DNA of 64,000 bases from Octopus vulgaris (GCA_951406725.2 OX597814.1:210738001-210802000); one strand, 5' to 3'. Counted from the first letter of the stretch, positions 25,308 to 40,981 are shown. Notes: a model not told the origin generated them from the letters alone. Numbers and translations: made by a program.

Positions 25308-27039
25308 TATAAAGTTTAGTATATTAATTTATGATTTTGAGGGCAGGGGACGTTTGTATGTCCGACAACACATTTAGACAATTTGTAAAGGAAAACGCTT
25401 GTTTGTTTCCGAACTATGAAATATCTCTAAATATACCGGTGACCGTGAGATATATATCAATGTGAATGTAATCCCAGTTTCAAGTAAATATGTTTATCGG
25501 TTAGCTGGTGCTATGTGTAATTTTCTACATGACTTTTAACCAAGAAGAAAGTGAGACCGATATCATGTTATCCCGAATGTCTTATATCCAAGAGATAACT
25601 GCAGAATGGTCAAGTTCCCAAATATTTAGCCGCAAATATTCCTGTGGAAACTAAACTGACTAGAAATTCACAAGCTTGCTCAATTCTCTCTGTGATGATT
25701 TTACTCATAATGCATGCACAGATTACATACTATCACATATTCTACAAATCAGCAACTATTCATTGGAATTAAAGAACTTGTTTGGAGAGCAATGCTATGT
25801 GGATCATGTTAATAAATAACTCATTTCTTTTATTTGGCAATTGATTGTTAACGGTATATACAACTAATGAAGGAGGTTATCAAAGACTAATATACGCTGC
25901 TTCAGAAACACGTAACATGAAAGGAAGTCGGAGTAATCTATTTTATCAAAATATAATTCCGTATCTCCCCGAATTTTCCGGTTTTGTTAACATTTTGCAA
26001 AAAGAAAAAATGGAAAGAAATCGTTCCTTCCTCCCTTCATACGGTACTATATTCTCTCTCATTTATTTACAATATTATTACACCTTGTATTTCCATAGAA
26101 GACTATGCACATCCTTTGTACTGTCTGTGCTGTATGTTGACGATATAATAATTCATCCAGTCCTGTCACCAAGTTGGCTTTCTTTCATAGTGAGAAACAT
26201 ATTGCTTGAAATTTCACATAAGCTTTCCGCATTCATTAGTACATACATAAATGCATACATACATACATACATACGTACGTAGGTACGTACGTACATGCGT
26301 ACATACATATATACTTACATACATATACTACAGATTTACTGAAACTGAAGTTTTAGCGAAAGGTGTTTAACAGACTATTATTCGAACACTCCGGCGATAA
26401 CATCGAATAGGAGCCAAGAATGAATAACTACAATTCTGCTGCCCCTTTTATTTCAATTGTTATTGAATTCTTTTCAATGTAATTTTTCTTCACGTCACTA
26501 TTACTACTGTTCCGTTCGTTTTGCAAATGACATGACCTGGATTTTATCAATTCTCAAATAAGTTGGTTGGTTTTTCAACTTTGACCTAAGAGGTTCATAA
26601 CCCCTATAGTTAATCTTACTACCCTGACGTGTCTGTACCGAACGATCGACTTTTAAAGCACATTAAATCATTCTGAAAGCTCGTCCGTATATTCAGAATC
26701 CGTTCAGGTCAGTATTTATTGGTGGCAATAGAAACATATTGGTATGATTCAGTGACAGTTAATGGATTAACACCTAACACAAAGCTATATGTTATGTTGC
26801 ATAGCGTATACAAAATGTTTTATAGGTATCTTTAAATTATCATCTCACACTAAGAAATAAAAAGTTCAAAATAATTGTCAGACTTCTAATGAGATTAGAA
26901 ACGTATTTAAATTAAATATAGTGTTATGTGTCCATCTCAGATTAATGCAATTCTATAGAGTTGAAGTAATAATTGGCAAAAAGCTTAAATACGCTACATA
27001 GCAGGATTTTATTAACGCACTTTTAGATGTAGAACGCAC

Positions 27040-27076
<37 letters not shown>

Positions 27077-27243
27077 TACACACACACATACATATGTTTG
27101 TATATGTAGGTATATGTATATATGTATATTTAAGAAACTATATATACATATAATTCGCAGACGTTGGAAAAAGTATATTGGTCAGCTGTTTGACTATTTC
27201 TGTTACTTAGTCACACCATTTTAATATATGATCTCTAATAAAA

Positions 27244-27474
27244 GGCGGCGAGCTGGCCGAATCGTTAGCACGCCGGGCGAAATGCTTATCGGTATTTCGT
27301 CTGCCGCTACGTTCTGAGTTCAAATTCCGCCGAGGTCGACTTTGCCTTTCATCCTTTCGGGGTCGATTAAATAAGTACCAGTTACGTACTGAGGTCGACA
27401 TAATCGACTTAATCTGTTTGTCTGTCATTGTTTGTCCTCTCTGTGTTTAGACCCTTCTGGGTAGTAAAGAAAGA
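27244..27474 (+). mobile_element. SINE family B, full length
   Basis: Near-identical to 38701-38929. Confidence 0.9.
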
Positions 27475-28800
27475 GATCTCTAATACACACAATATCACTC
27501 CATCACTGTATCAACCAGATTATCGGATGATGTTTTACTCCGAATGTCACATTGCGCTCGACCACTTTCTTTATGGTACCTTCCTTTTCCAATTTGGTTC
27601 CGTTCATTTAAATGAATCGTTTTAGAAACCTTTTTCTGTAGGCTTTTTCTTGGATACAACTCGGCAACTGCGCAGATTGAATTATTATCTGTAAACTTAA
27701 ACCACATCTAACTCAGCTGAACATGTACCCTCGCTATTCTGATAATATACTTTATTCTAAACTGTCTTCTGATCAATTCGTTTCGAATATGCTGTCGCGG
27801 TGACAATCCAAGTATGAATCATTCTATGGCTTTTTGTAATATACCCAATTTATGTTACTCCTCCTTCGCAGTAAATTAAGTTTCACTTGCGTGTGGCAGC
27901 CCAGGTTGGACGTTGCTATTGAAGAAACTGGCATATTTGGTCTTGTCTAGTATTGACTGAGCACGTATTTTGATGAGGCAAACGCCTTCCGTCCAACGCT
28001 TACTCATCTCCATATTCCAGAATTCGCAGCACATATTGTGTTTCACCCATGTAGCCTTACCTCTTAACCTCCTCTACTCCATGCGTCCCACCTTTATTCG
28101 GCTGTGTGCTATGATGTAGGACTGTATGTCTCTATGTAGTCAATTGGTCCGCGGGTAGCCACACAATACTTTAAAATTTATAACATTGAACTATGCAACG
28201 TTCATGTTGTATCTCCTTGTAGCACAGTAAGTTAATGTTGAAGTATACAATATATAGAATTGTGAAGGTAAGTATCAATGTATATGTTAGCGTAAGATTG
28301 ATTCCAAAGGTGAATATCCACATCAAAGTTAACGTAAATATATGAATCATAACAATTATTATAAACGAAATTACATAGGTTATCATTAATAATCTCAAAC
28401 GCAAATCATTTATTCAATGACATTCTATATATTCACATATAAATATGGTAACATATTATGTAGTAGTAAAATATTCTATATTGATGTTTAAAAAAGAACA
28501 TATGTACCACTGTGTTACATATTATACAAGTAGTTTGATACGATATACAGTAGAGAAAAGAGGCAATTCTACGAGTGAAAATTAGAAGATTTTTTTCATA
28601 GGTAGATTTATTCTATGACTAACCTTCTATGCTCCTCTATATCATTTATTGACCAGAAAATCGAATGTATCACTCGACACGCACTACAAAGGGAGAACGT
28701 GATATGAAATAGTATGAAGAGGGCAATAAATAACATATTGGATATATGGGAAAATTATAATACATTGAGAGACAGCTCTAAGTCATTCCGTGTCTTGTAA

Positions 28801-29219
28801 TACTCTTTTACTCATTACTCTTTTACTTGTTTCAGTCATTTGACTGCGGCCATGCTGGAGCACCGCCTTTAATCGAGCAACTTGACCCCGGGACTTATTA
28901 TTTGTAAGCCCAGTACTTATTCTATCGATCTCTTTTTGCCGAACCGCTAAGTGACGGGGACATAAACACACCAGCATCGGTTGTCAAGCAATGCTAGGGG
29001 GACAAACACAGACATACAAACACACACACATACATATATATATATATACATATATACGACGGGCTTCTTTCAGTTTCCATCTACCAAATCCACTCACAAG
29101 GCTTTGGTCCGCCCGAGGCTATAGTAGAAGACACTTGCCCAAGGTGCCACGCAGTGGGACTGAACCCGGAACCATATAGTTGGTAAACAAGCTACTTATC
29201 ACACAGCCATTCCTGCGAC
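28801..29219 (-). mobile_element. SINE family A, full length, with internal (TA)n(TG)n
   Basis: Reverse complement of the 41590-42030 type. Confidence 0.9.
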
Positions 29220-30171
29220 TAATATCAAATACTTCTGCAATAGAAGGCCATGACATATTTAGAAGAATACGTAACCTTATCATGTAATTTGATATTTAAT
29301 CGTTTAATAAGTTTTAAAATTTGGTGACTAAACAGTGCGTACTAATACCACTTTACCTGCAACATCGTGTACTTATAATGAGCAATAAAATTATACTACA
29401 TTTTCGAAGCACAAATCAAATCAGAATGCATTGTTTGAAGATCAGATATAAAGTAGGTCAATTATATTCCCAAAGAAATGAAAAATCTCATTGTTTTTCC
29501 ATTCCCCTGACGAATAAGCAAATAATACACTTTATACACACACGCACACACGCACACACACACACGCACACACACACACGCACACACACACACACACACA
29601 CACAAACACATATACATATATATACTGAGAGGGAGGAGGACAATTGATAAAAAGAGAAAATTACTATTAAGATCGATGGGAAAAGAGTTATTTATTAAAT
29701 ATCATTATCATAAATATTATTGTGATTTGATCTAATATACGATGCAACAATATGAGAAAAAAATTTGATGGAGTCTAGTAACTTTAATTAGAAAATAATT
29801 AATATTTGATTAAACGTCTTTTATAATGTTTAATCTTTAATTATCAATTTAAATAGGCATTGTTATATAGATTCATGGGTAGAAAAAATACGAGTCATCT
29901 ATAAATGAATGGAGACTGCGTATTAATTTCAACACTCGTATGTATACCATGTATCTTTATTTACCTCGGCTATATGCAGTTTTTCCAGCTGATTCTTATG
30001 TATTTAAACCTATTGACTTTTTAGTTTCATTAAATAACAATGTAATTTGCCTTGGGTAAATATTTAGCAAAAATGCCAATTTCTCCCTCAGTGAAACATT
30101 GCCCAGATCGCTTTCAAATATTACCAGGTTCTCCGACACTTCTATAATAAACTGTCCTAACTTTTGTTACA

Positions 30172-30248
<77 letters not shown>

Positions 30249-30297
30249 TCGTTCATATGTGTGTGCATGTGTTTATGTGTGTATACATATATGTATG

Positions 30298-30379
<82 letters not shown>

Positions 30380-30416
30380 GAAAAGAGAGAGAGATGTGCG
30401 TGTGTGTAGATATATA

Positions 30417-31617
30417 CTGGGTTGGCAAAGAAGTAATTTCGTTTTTCACCAATAGACATAGTTACGATTTTTAAAAATGACTTTTGTCTATGTTACTTTC
30501 GGCTTTTTGACATGTGGTAGCCGTCATGTTTAGCGTATATTAGAAGCAAATCGCACGTAATTTTATTTGCAGCTCTTAGTTCAATCTCAATTTTAACATG
30601 GAGTACAAAAACGAAAAATTTCGCCATATTTTGCTTTTTTTATATTTCCGTAAAGACAAGAATGCTGGTGAAGCCCTCAATGTTGGATGTTAAATTTATG
30701 GTGTTGATTGCTTAACGGAACGCACATGTTAGAAATGGTTTAAAAACTCCTTTCTCGAGATTTTTCACTCCAAGGTCACCAACGTTCTGGTCGACCTACT
30801 GAAGTTGATGATGACCGAATCAAAGGCATAACTGATTCTGATTGTACTATAACCGTGCCAGAAATTACAGAGATGTTAAATGTATCACACACACAACTGA
30901 AAATTCCTTATGAAGACTTGAAAGAGAATGAAAGAGATTCCTAACAAAACAAATCAATAATTGCGATATGCAACTTAAACGCAATACAATCGACCTTCTT
31001 TGGAAACGAATCATCACTGGGCAAGAAAAATAGATTGTTTACAATAACCTCAATCGAAAACAATCCTGGTCCAAGCGTAATGAACGAGCAATACCCACAT
31101 ATAAACCACATCGGAAGCTGAATTACATAAAAAATGTCATGCTGTCAATTTGCTGGGATTACAAATATATTGTGAATTTTGAGCTGCTTCTAAGGTACGA
31201 AACCATCAATACAGATGTTTAATTTCAACAACTAATGAAACTGGAGCAATTAAAGAAAATAGCCATAATCGTAGAGGAATCATGTTGACAACGCTAGACC
31301 ACACACGTCTTTGTCAAGTAGTGAAACATTATTGCAGTTCTGTTGTGAAATGATGTCACATCCAACATATAGCCCTGAACTTGCACCGTCAAATTACCAT
31401 TTATTTCGAAGTTTGCAAAATATTTCAATACTGGTGATGACAGTTTTTGGCTGATAAGAACCAAAAGTTCTATGAGCATGGAATCATGAAGTTGCCACAG
31501 AATGACAAAATGTAGTCGAACAAAATGGAAAATATATAATTGATTAAAATGCATTCGTTGTATGGAAAAGAAATGACTTTTATTTTACGCTAAAAGACTG
31601 AAATTTCTTTGTCGCTA

Positions 31618-31623
<6 letters not shown>
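30417..31623 (+). mobile_element. Full-length decayed mariner transposon (mellifera-like)
   Basis: TA-flanked imperfect TIRs (ctgggttggcaaagaagtaatttc / gaaatttctttgtcgctaacccta) enclosing transposase remnants. Confidence 0.88.
30598..31547 (+). pseudogene. Mariner transposase pseudogene
   Basis: MEYKNEKFRHILLF..., IITGQEK*IVYNN (TGDEKW), DNARPH, HPTYSPELAPSNYHLFRSL (YSPDLAPSD); multiple stops and frameshifts. Confidence 0.88.
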
Positions 31624-31685
<62 letters not shown>

Positions 31686-33083
31686 AAACATAGGGGCTCA
31701 GTTCACAGTCGATATAAACGGACAAATTACGGTGGTTATGGAGCCATTGTAGATTTCCGATATAGCGGATATATAATTCTTAAAGAGGACAACGAACGTT
31801 GAGGCAAGGCAAATATCTCAAATATTATGCATTATTATTACTGGAAAGAAATTCTAAGTCTTACACCTATGAACCTTTATGCATAGTTATATATCCGCCT
31901 CTCTACTTTTCGTCCATATCAAGTGTCCACTGTTATCTATAATTTTACACAGAACTAGCAGCCACAGAGTACTAATCGAAAACAATCTGTGATTCCACAA
32001 TTAGTTAACAGAAATAATATTGTTGTATGGCCGCAATATATATGCCATAATTAATAATTAATTTAGGTATAACTTTTCGGGATTCAAAATAGAAAGTTTG
32101 GTTTCAAATGCATTCAGTTGCAGTCACATGTTGCTAATAGTGAATCCATTTGTTTAGACAAGATACATTCCAAATTTCCACTTCGTATGATACCTGCAAA
32201 TACTTTTGTTTTCTTCCATGTACAAGATTACACCAGAACATATGTTTTTTTGAAATAAATATTGAAACACTAACGTTCTGTTTCTATCGATGTTTAAAAT
32301 TTTTACCGATATAAATGGAGTTTGTGGCTAACAACAGTTCATTTGAAACCTCAATTAAGATACAACATATATTAGAAATATTCATATTCCATGCTAAATG
32401 ATATAAACTCAAAACCGCATTGAAATGCACTGTGATACAATCACAGACAAACGTACACTCACACTCACATATATGAACATGCATGTGTGAGTCTACGTGT
32501 ATTTACACGCCCACACAAACACACCCATATATAAGTATATATATATATATCTTATTTAAATATTGAAATAAATACGTTCTCTAGTAGGCAGCACTAACCG
32601 CGGTAAATTATTTACTGCAGTTCTCTTCAGGAATTTTTAGCGCGCCAGAGCTAAGCCATTTGAAATTTATCCATAATGTAATCGGTAACACTAAACAAGT
32701 GTCTGTTTTGGCACAGAAACCTGGGGTTAGTTTTTCAAATTGCATTTGTCTGAACGATCGCACTGACGAAACTACGGACATTTAAATTATGTAAGTAATT
32801 CTTTTGTTAATAGTTGAAACCGTGGCATGTGATTAATTCTGTTGTTTTATATAATTTTCATCTGTCTTGCCCGCCTAATTTGTTCTGGTGTCCGCTGAAT
32901 TTTCCTCTAGAGAACATTCTTTGTACTTTGATCGTTGGTGATCTATTTCTAGCATACGGCCGACTACCTAGTGGTCTTGCCCTTTCAATATACACATTTA
33001 TTAGAATTTTCTCTGATTTTTTCAGATTTTTGTATGCTAGGCTACTGGTTTTAAATTAATATTAATTTATCTCCCTCATTATT

Positions 33084-33127
<44 letters not shown>

Positions 33128-33290
33128 TACACGAGTAAGTCGACAAACAAAATAAGGGCACAACACATTTCCTGAGAGTTACATGTGTAGATCTGAATCA
33201 AACTCTCACTCTGTCTATATATATATGTACATATATTTACATGTATGCATATATATAAATCTATACGCAGACAAACACACACATATATAT

Positions 33291-33351
33291 ATACTCTTTT
33301 TACTCTTTTATTTGTTTCAGTCATTTGACTGCGGCCATGCTGGAGCACCAC
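33291..33351 (-). mobile_element. SINE family A, 3' tail fragment
   Basis: tactcttttatttgtttcagtcatttgactgcggccatgctggagcacc. Confidence 0.8.
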
Positions 33352-33776
33352 CTATATGTATATATATATATACATGTATGCGTGTGTATGTATATATACA
33401 TGTACGTATGTATGTATAGACATGCAAATTAATTTGAAAAAAATTATGGTATATCCTGAATTCATCACGTTTTGTAATTCAGAGTTGATAGCACTTAACG
33501 CTACAGCTTTTTTTTCTTTTCTATCTTGAACGCAGAAATTTCTAAAATTTTTGTATGTATTGTGTACGAAATTCACTCCACGGCACATCCATTGCTTGCT
33601 TTTCTCGTATTTCTCTTTGCTGGTGTTATTTAATTTCTAAAATGATACCTTGCCTCAGCTGAGTTCTTTCTGAGTATACAAGTATATGCGTGTGAGTGTG
33701 TTTTTGTGTGTGTACCTGTGTGTCAGAGCGTGTGTATATGTGTGTCAGGATACGTACTTGTGTGTTGCGTCTTTAT

Positions 33777-33815
<39 letters not shown>

Positions 33816-33837
33816 CACACACCTATATATATTTATA

Positions 33838-34022
33838 TATAACGGGAAGCTTTATGAAAATAAACAAAAGACGAAGGCTGGTGGAATACAAACAAACAAT
33901 TGTATTAGTATGGCGCTCAGGAATATAAATAAAACAAGTCTTTTACGTTTCGAGTCTACGGTCTTCAATAGAAAGATACACAGAAAAGAAACACGGAGAG
34001 AAACAAGGAGAGAAAAAAAATG
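33838..34022 (-). mobile_element. Family H1 copy with HHR-like motif at 33939-33976
   Basis: Minus strand tcttt-CTATTGAA-gacc(gtag)actc-GAAA-cg-TA-aaaga; homologous to 1068-1235. Confidence 0.6.
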
Positions 34023-34099
34023 CCTGCAGAAGCTAATATATATGTATAGATAAATGCATACATATGTTCATATATATACATATATGTTGTTGTTGATCA

Positions 34100-34920
34100 T
34101 ATTATTATATTAGACATCGGACAGCACACAATATCGTGAGTTTGTTGATTGAAGATATTCTGTCTACTAGGGGTTTGTACTGTTTGTCAAGTCACAGGAA
34201 GGACCTCAGTCAGACGGTACTTTACGCAATATGCGTGCAGTTCCAATTAATGCCGACTTTTGCAATACACATAGGTGGCAGTACACATAGGTAGTATGAT
34301 GCGAAGATTCCCTTGTCTTTATAGTTGACTTCGCCACCATCTGCCGAATCTATTTATAGACCTGTTGAATATGATTCAACAATGGGCAATGTTTGCTCTA
34401 TTGTCATGTCCTCTCTTATATTCTTTCTGGGCTTTGAGCGTACATTGTCTGGTAATATACCATACGGCTTCCCCATTTTGTCCACAAATTCTGCATTTAT
34501 CACTTTCTGATGTGTTGTCTATTCTGTATTTGATGTAATTTGTTTTTAATGCTTGCTCTTGCGCAGCACAGATTAGAGCTTCCGTGTTTCCGGTTTTTAG
34601 TGAATTTTAGTCATCCATATACATATTTTACCTATGTCTATCTTATTTTCAACATCTCTATGACATTGTACACTCATTCTTTTCTTTATCCATCTATTTT
34701 CAGTTTCATTCACTCTCAAGTGCTTGTACGGTGTTTTATGTTCCAATACCTTCTTACTTCCAAAAATAGCGGTTCTGTGGCATTGTTACATACCATGCTG
34801 TGTTGTTTTCTTCTGCGCTAATGCTGTGTTCGCATCCAATCTGTCCTCTTCCTACCCTTTTTCTCGGTACATAATGTCTATCTGTGTCACGTTTTGGATG
34901 GAGTATCCTAAGATATAGAA
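34100..34920 (-). mobile_element. Decayed R4/Dong-type (RLE) LINE 3' fragment
   Basis: Minus-strand LHPKRDTDRHYVPRK (HPKSDVDRLY.PRK motif) and C-terminal LQKSALIGTARILRKV. Confidence 0.75.
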
Positions 34921-34990
34921 ATTTATAAATAACATCGCAAAATTTTTAAAGCTAATGATAAAGGAATTTATATACGGAAAATCACATCGC

Positions 34991-35045
<55 letters not shown>

Positions 35046-35107
35046 AGTTTAATTCGACTCCATAAGTACTAAAGCTTCCTAGTCCCTTCCAGATATCTAG
35101 GAGATCC

Positions 35108-35212
<105 letters not shown>

Positions 35213-35379
35213 TGCAAGAAAGAGTGAGGGAGAGAGAAAATGTGTGAGCGACGGAGAAATATATATTCATAAATGCTTACATACATATATTATAGATGTT
35301 AGGCGTGGAGTACCAACGATTTTATGACCTCCTCCTTGGAAGTTTACCTCTGTTTTATGAAAGAACACTAGATCCCATT

Positions 35380-35900
35380 AGGTTCGTACAGCACGAAAGG
35401 TCTAAAAACGCTGGCAGATCACAAATATATGCTTTGCAAGATTTATCCGAATGTATCAACCAAATTAATGCCAACTACGAGAGAATGTCTTCCAGATATC
35501 ATGAGGCATGATGCGTTGCTCATACGAGTGTTGAACGGGATAAGAACAGAATATTTGTGTACAAGAATATTCATGGAATCTAGAAATGTAAACAGTTAAA
35601 ATACAAAGTTAAAATACAACCGGTAAGATATTGTTGTGTAGGGCCAATAGTAAAATACATGGTGTGATATAGAAATCAACTGGTATCTGGAAACAAATGC
35701 GGTTAGAAAAATACAACAGACAAATATTTATGGATTCTGGATTAGGAGTTTAGTACCTAAGTACTATCTAGTACCTAAGTTTCATGTGCTGCTTCATACC
35801 TATTATTATTACAGCAACGGGATACGTACCAAGCTGGCCAAAGCGAAATATTGCTGAACTTAGGATCAAGGAGAAAGAATGCAAATCCTTTATTCATTCG
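35380..35900 (+). mobile_element. Highly decayed RLE-type LINE C-terminal remnant
   Basis: RSQIYALQD (~FIFAIQDQ), MSSRY..MRHDAL (~RHD), FIPIIITATGYVP (~PIVIGALG). Confidence 0.45.
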
Positions 35901-36110
35901 CCATAAATGATCCTGATATTTGGGTTAATAAAAATTTACAAGACCACGCTAAAATTTTAAAGATGACAGTTGAACACAAGATGCTTTCCTTCACAGACTT
36001 GCTAACTAGTAGGTGGGTATTCAAAATCAATTCTAAATTAAAAAAAGTGAAAGAGAATATACATACACATAGACACACACACACGCACAGACACAGACAC
36101 ACACACACAG

Positions 36111-36183
<73 letters not shown>

Positions 36184-37262
36184 CATACATAGAGACAGTG
36201 TTAGTCAGAGAGTGGGGATTAATATGAAATTGCACTTGTTAGAAATTGGTTAAAACCATTAGTGAATAAATATTCCTGCATTAGTAGAGTTGCAAATAAA
36301 CGTGAAATATATATTAAGCTTGGTAATGAATGCATGAGATTTATATTATACTCATATTTTCTGTGTAAGCTAATTACGGAACGTAACAAGAATGTATCCA
36401 GTATCCAGTGGATATTGATTGGTAAATGATAACCTAAATTATACAGATTTCCTTGACTATTGAGAAATGATATTATATTTGATTTGGTCTAAATTGCGAT
36501 ATTTCTATCAAGATAACGAACGTATCCGCATTGCGTCTGTAATATATATTCCTGTTAGTATTTCATATGACCAAAAGTAGAAATATTTACTTACACACAA
36601 TTAATTATTCCATATTTCTAAAAGCGTAGCAGCTTGTAGGTGAATGATTAACGTTTACACTTTGATACAATGTCAATGACTTGATGCAATGTCATTGGAC
36701 AACGTATATTGTTTCTTGTTATCAAATATTTATTAATACATTCTAAACGATGATGTGTAGAGAGAATGTCTGAGTAAGCGAGTAAGCTCACACTTAGGAA
36801 AACCATGATTGAGGATCGAAGCTACTCTAAAGCGTCAAATATTCAGCCATAAACATTTGAAAAGAACTGCATATATTTGCGATAAAGGGAAAGTGAACTT
36901 GCTAGATACAAATGGAAAAAAAATGTCTCTAAGCTATCTGGAGCCGCCGGAAGAATCGCGAGCAAAGATGAGGTATCAATGTAACAGCCGCTTTGTGTTA
37001 TATTACCTCTCATATAACATACATAACATACTTCTCTTCTGATGATACATGTATCTGCAAGTGCTTATGCTCGTGCACGCTGGTGTAGCAGGACTTGATA
37101 TTTCATTCCCGTTAGAAAAAGTGGCAGACCGAAAAAATAACATGGGTTGGGCCGGCAATCATGTCTGTGGTTTAATCCGTTACTAGAAATATATATATGC
37201 GTGTGTGTGTCTGTCTGAGCGAGTGTTTGTCCGTTTCTATGCATATACGTCTATGCATATAC

Positions 37263-37299
<37 letters not shown>

Positions 37300-37359
37300 T
37301 ATACTTCTACATTTGTATGTATATGTGTATATACTTATACATGTAAATATGTGTTTATT

Positions 37360-37399
<40 letters not shown>

Positions 37400-37439
37400 T
37401 TTCGTCATGTTGTGCCACTGAAATCTACAAGTTTTTTTC

Positions 37440-37590
37440 ATTCGCTCTCTGTTTATTTTGTCGTATAACGTTCTATTGAAGAGCGTAGGATCGAAACGTA
37501 AAAGCCGTTTTCATTATTTCTGTGTGTCAAATTAATACACTTGCATGTTGATCATACATCTGTCGGCGTGTTTTGTCTTTCTATAAATTT
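37440..37590 (+). mobile_element. Family H1 copy with HHR-like motif at ~37469-37504
   Basis: ttCTATTGAA-gagc(gtag)gatc-GAAA-cg-TA-aaag followed by the H1 tail. Confidence 0.55.
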
Positions 37591-38228
37591 TATATATATA
37601 CACTTCCATAAATACTGACAAAGGCAAGCATAAACTCATAAACTGTTTTGTTAAGAAAAATGCTTACTATCTTGGCTGGCAGTATTTTACAGATTTTTTT
37701 GAAAATTAGCAATAATTATCACCAATTATAGCACACAAATACAAATTAGAAAAGCATCAGAGTTGTGGCTCGTAGAAATCACTAGATGTTTTCAGTATTT
37801 GATTACATTCTTTACCTTTTCAACCTATATTCCCCGAAATGAGTTTATACATGACAGGAAAATAATTGTAGTGCATATCATGCCGGAAGACATGTATCTC
37901 TCCTTAATAATACATCACACTGACGGCATCAACAAAATGTTATCGTTGAAAGAAACAATTGCACAAAAATATTAATATAAAACAAATGTGGCTCCGGGGA
38001 AATTTCTTTGTGTGATTTAAAATTCATTGCAGAAATTACAATCAGGGATACAAAGAAAATTTCAAAACGATGCCACTAAAAGAAAGGATTTTTGATAACA
38101 AAATAAATATGTCAATTTACATTGAAATTTTTGTGATGCATAGAACAATAGCAAAAAGAAAGCATACGTGCAGAGCAAGTGACTAAAAATATATTTTGTA
38201 ACGCATTTGGCAATCCAACTAATGATTC

Positions 38229-38299
<71 letters not shown>

Positions 38300-38586
38300 T
38301 TTATACATATCAGTACATGTGTGTGTGTGCATACTTACATATATATATATGTACATCTGTATCGTGTGTATGTATGTAAGTGTGAGATTGTACATCACAC
38401 TCTACGGAAGATATCATGGTTACCAAGTGATAAAAATTTCAACGTGACTTAAGTTATGCAGGATTAATTATTCTGCTATTAAAGTGCTCTTCATTTCAGG
38501 ATTTAAAAAGTGCCAATGTCACACGCATACACAAAGAAAAATACACGCACATGCACACACACACATTTATATATACATCAATATGC

Positions 38587-38638
<52 letters not shown>

Positions 38639-38700
38639 GTATATACATACATGTATATATAAGACCTGTGTGTACACTTCTGTAAGCATATGTTATTTTC

Positions 38701-38929
38701 GGCGGCGAGCTGGCAGAAACGTTAGCACGCCGGGCGAAATTCTTTGCGGTATTTCGTCTGTCGCTACGTTCTGAGTTCAAATTCCGCCGAGGTCGACTTT
38801 GCCTTTCATCCTTTCGGGGTCGATTAAATAAGTACCAGTTACGCACTGGGGTCGATATGATCGACTTAATCCGTGTTTCTGTCCTTGTTTGTCCTCTCTG
38901 TGTTTAGCCCCCTTGTGGGCAATAAAGAA
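38701..38929 (+). mobile_element. SINE family B, full length, with 13-15 bp TSD
   Basis: ATATGTTATTTTC(GG) at 38688-38700 and 38930-38942. Confidence 0.92.
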
Positions 38930-39137
38930 ATATGTTATTTTCGGACTTTTCGCAGTGCTGTATTTAGTTTTTATCGCCGTAAATCACTGCAACATGTAAA
39001 AGCTACAGACTACGTAAGTATAATTTCCAAGTATAATTCCAAAATGCAGAAAGAAAAAATATATGGACGAGATAGTCATGGTCTGTGTGTGTGTGTGTGT
39101 ATATATATATGTGTGTGTGTATGTGTGTGTGTGTGTA

Positions 39138-39210
39138 GTGAGAATTTACAAAAAAAACAAAAGTCGAAGACGCGTGTGTGAACAATAAACAGATCATTTT
39201 AACGCTCGGG
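39138..39210 (-). mobile_element. Family H1 terminal fragment (no HHR)
   Basis: gagaatttacaaaaaaaacaaaagtcgaagacgcgtgtgtgaacaataaacagat matches 1074-1130. Confidence 0.55.
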
Positions 39211-39237
39211 TATATATGTAAATATGTTTGTGTATAT

Positions 39238-39269
<32 letters not shown>

Positions 39270-39363
39270 GCATATGTATATATATGAGCATATATGTACG
39301 CATGTATTTGTGTATGTATGGTATGCACATTCATTATTAGAGACTGCGGCAATATATGCTACA

Positions 39364-39515
39364 GGTTGAGTTCCACTGCGTGGCACCTTGGCCAAGTGTC
39401 GTCTTCGACTATAGCCTTGTGCCGACCAAAGCCTTGTCAATGGATTTGGTAGACGGAAACTGAAAGAAACCCCGTCATATATATATATACATATACATAT
39501 ACATATACATATACT

Positions 39516-39548
<33 letters not shown>

Positions 39549-39773
39549 ATGTGTGCGTATGTTTGTGTGTTTGTGTTTGTCCCCCCAACATCGCTTGACA
39601 ACCGAAGCTGGTATGTTTACGCCGCCGTCACTTAGCGGTTCGGCACGAGTTACCGATAGAATAAGCACTAGGCTTGCAAAGAATAAGTCCTGGGGTCAAT
39701 TTGCTCGACTAAAGGCGGTGCTCCAGTATGGCCGCAGTCGAATGACTGAACGAAATAAAGAAATAAAAGAATA
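39364..39773 (+). mobile_element. SINE family A, slightly 5'-truncated, with internal microsatellite
   Basis: Homologous to 41590-42030. Confidence 0.88.
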
Positions 39774-40434
39774 AGCGTGTTGTGTGTGTGTGTGTGTGTG
39801 TGTGTGTTGTGCGTGCTTAGCATTTTAATAGTCTTTATTTTTTGTATACATCAATATCCCTATACAAATTTGTGAATCTGCCTATCACTTTTCCATTCAC
39901 TCACAGAAATGCATCTTCCCTTATGTTATTCCTTTTACTAAATTACTCACTATCATTCCATAGTTCTTTCACTTCCTTCCCTTCTGACGTATTTTTCTCT
40001 CTGTCTCTCTCTCTCTCTCTCCCCTTCTTCCTCTGTCTCTCTTAGAGATACGTAATTCATATATATGTTACTTCTTAATCATTGTATACGGCTTGTCTTT
40101 TCCTCTGATGCTCTTCCTTTTATTCACTCACTCTCCTTCGTTCCTTCAATCCTCAACACTTAGTGCTTCTTTACCGTTATATTTAATACTCTCTTGCTTC
40201 CCCCTTTTTTTTTTTTCCTCCTTTTATTTACATTTTCATATCGAAGCAAAATCAATCGGAAAGCTATTCTTTCATATCAGAATTATTTACTAAGGTAATA
40301 GGCTTATGAAATTTTCCGCCAGAGATATTTATCTGTGCCAAGAAACAAATGTAAAAAGATGTTCCCGCTTACCGAAATGGATAGTAAAGTAAGATAACAG
40401 TAAAATAGCAGAGAGATTTCACTAAATATCACAC

Positions 40435-40750
<316 letters not shown>

Positions 40751-40981
40751 GTATAGTATAATTCTAACTAAGGATATGTTATATGTACAGAGTACATGTG
40801 CATATATATTATGTGTCTATAAAGGTAATTCCTTTGTAACACATTGTTCCAGAAGTTTAAGAAGGCAAAGAATGCTCAGCATACATAGAATTGGTATACA
40901 ATGTTAGAACGTATGGAACGGAAAATATGAAGCAGGTACGTATATTGATTGATGACTAAGTGTTATTGCCGGAAGAAGTTT

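Noticed and set aside
27480-28170. GC-richer block, possibly a decayed LINE endonuclease region
   Set aside because: Motif hints are inconsistent in strand and too degenerate.
32631-32790. Plus-strand exon-like segment (ttcttcag...gtaagt)
   Set aside because: All three frames contain stops; it could only be non-coding, and there is no further support.
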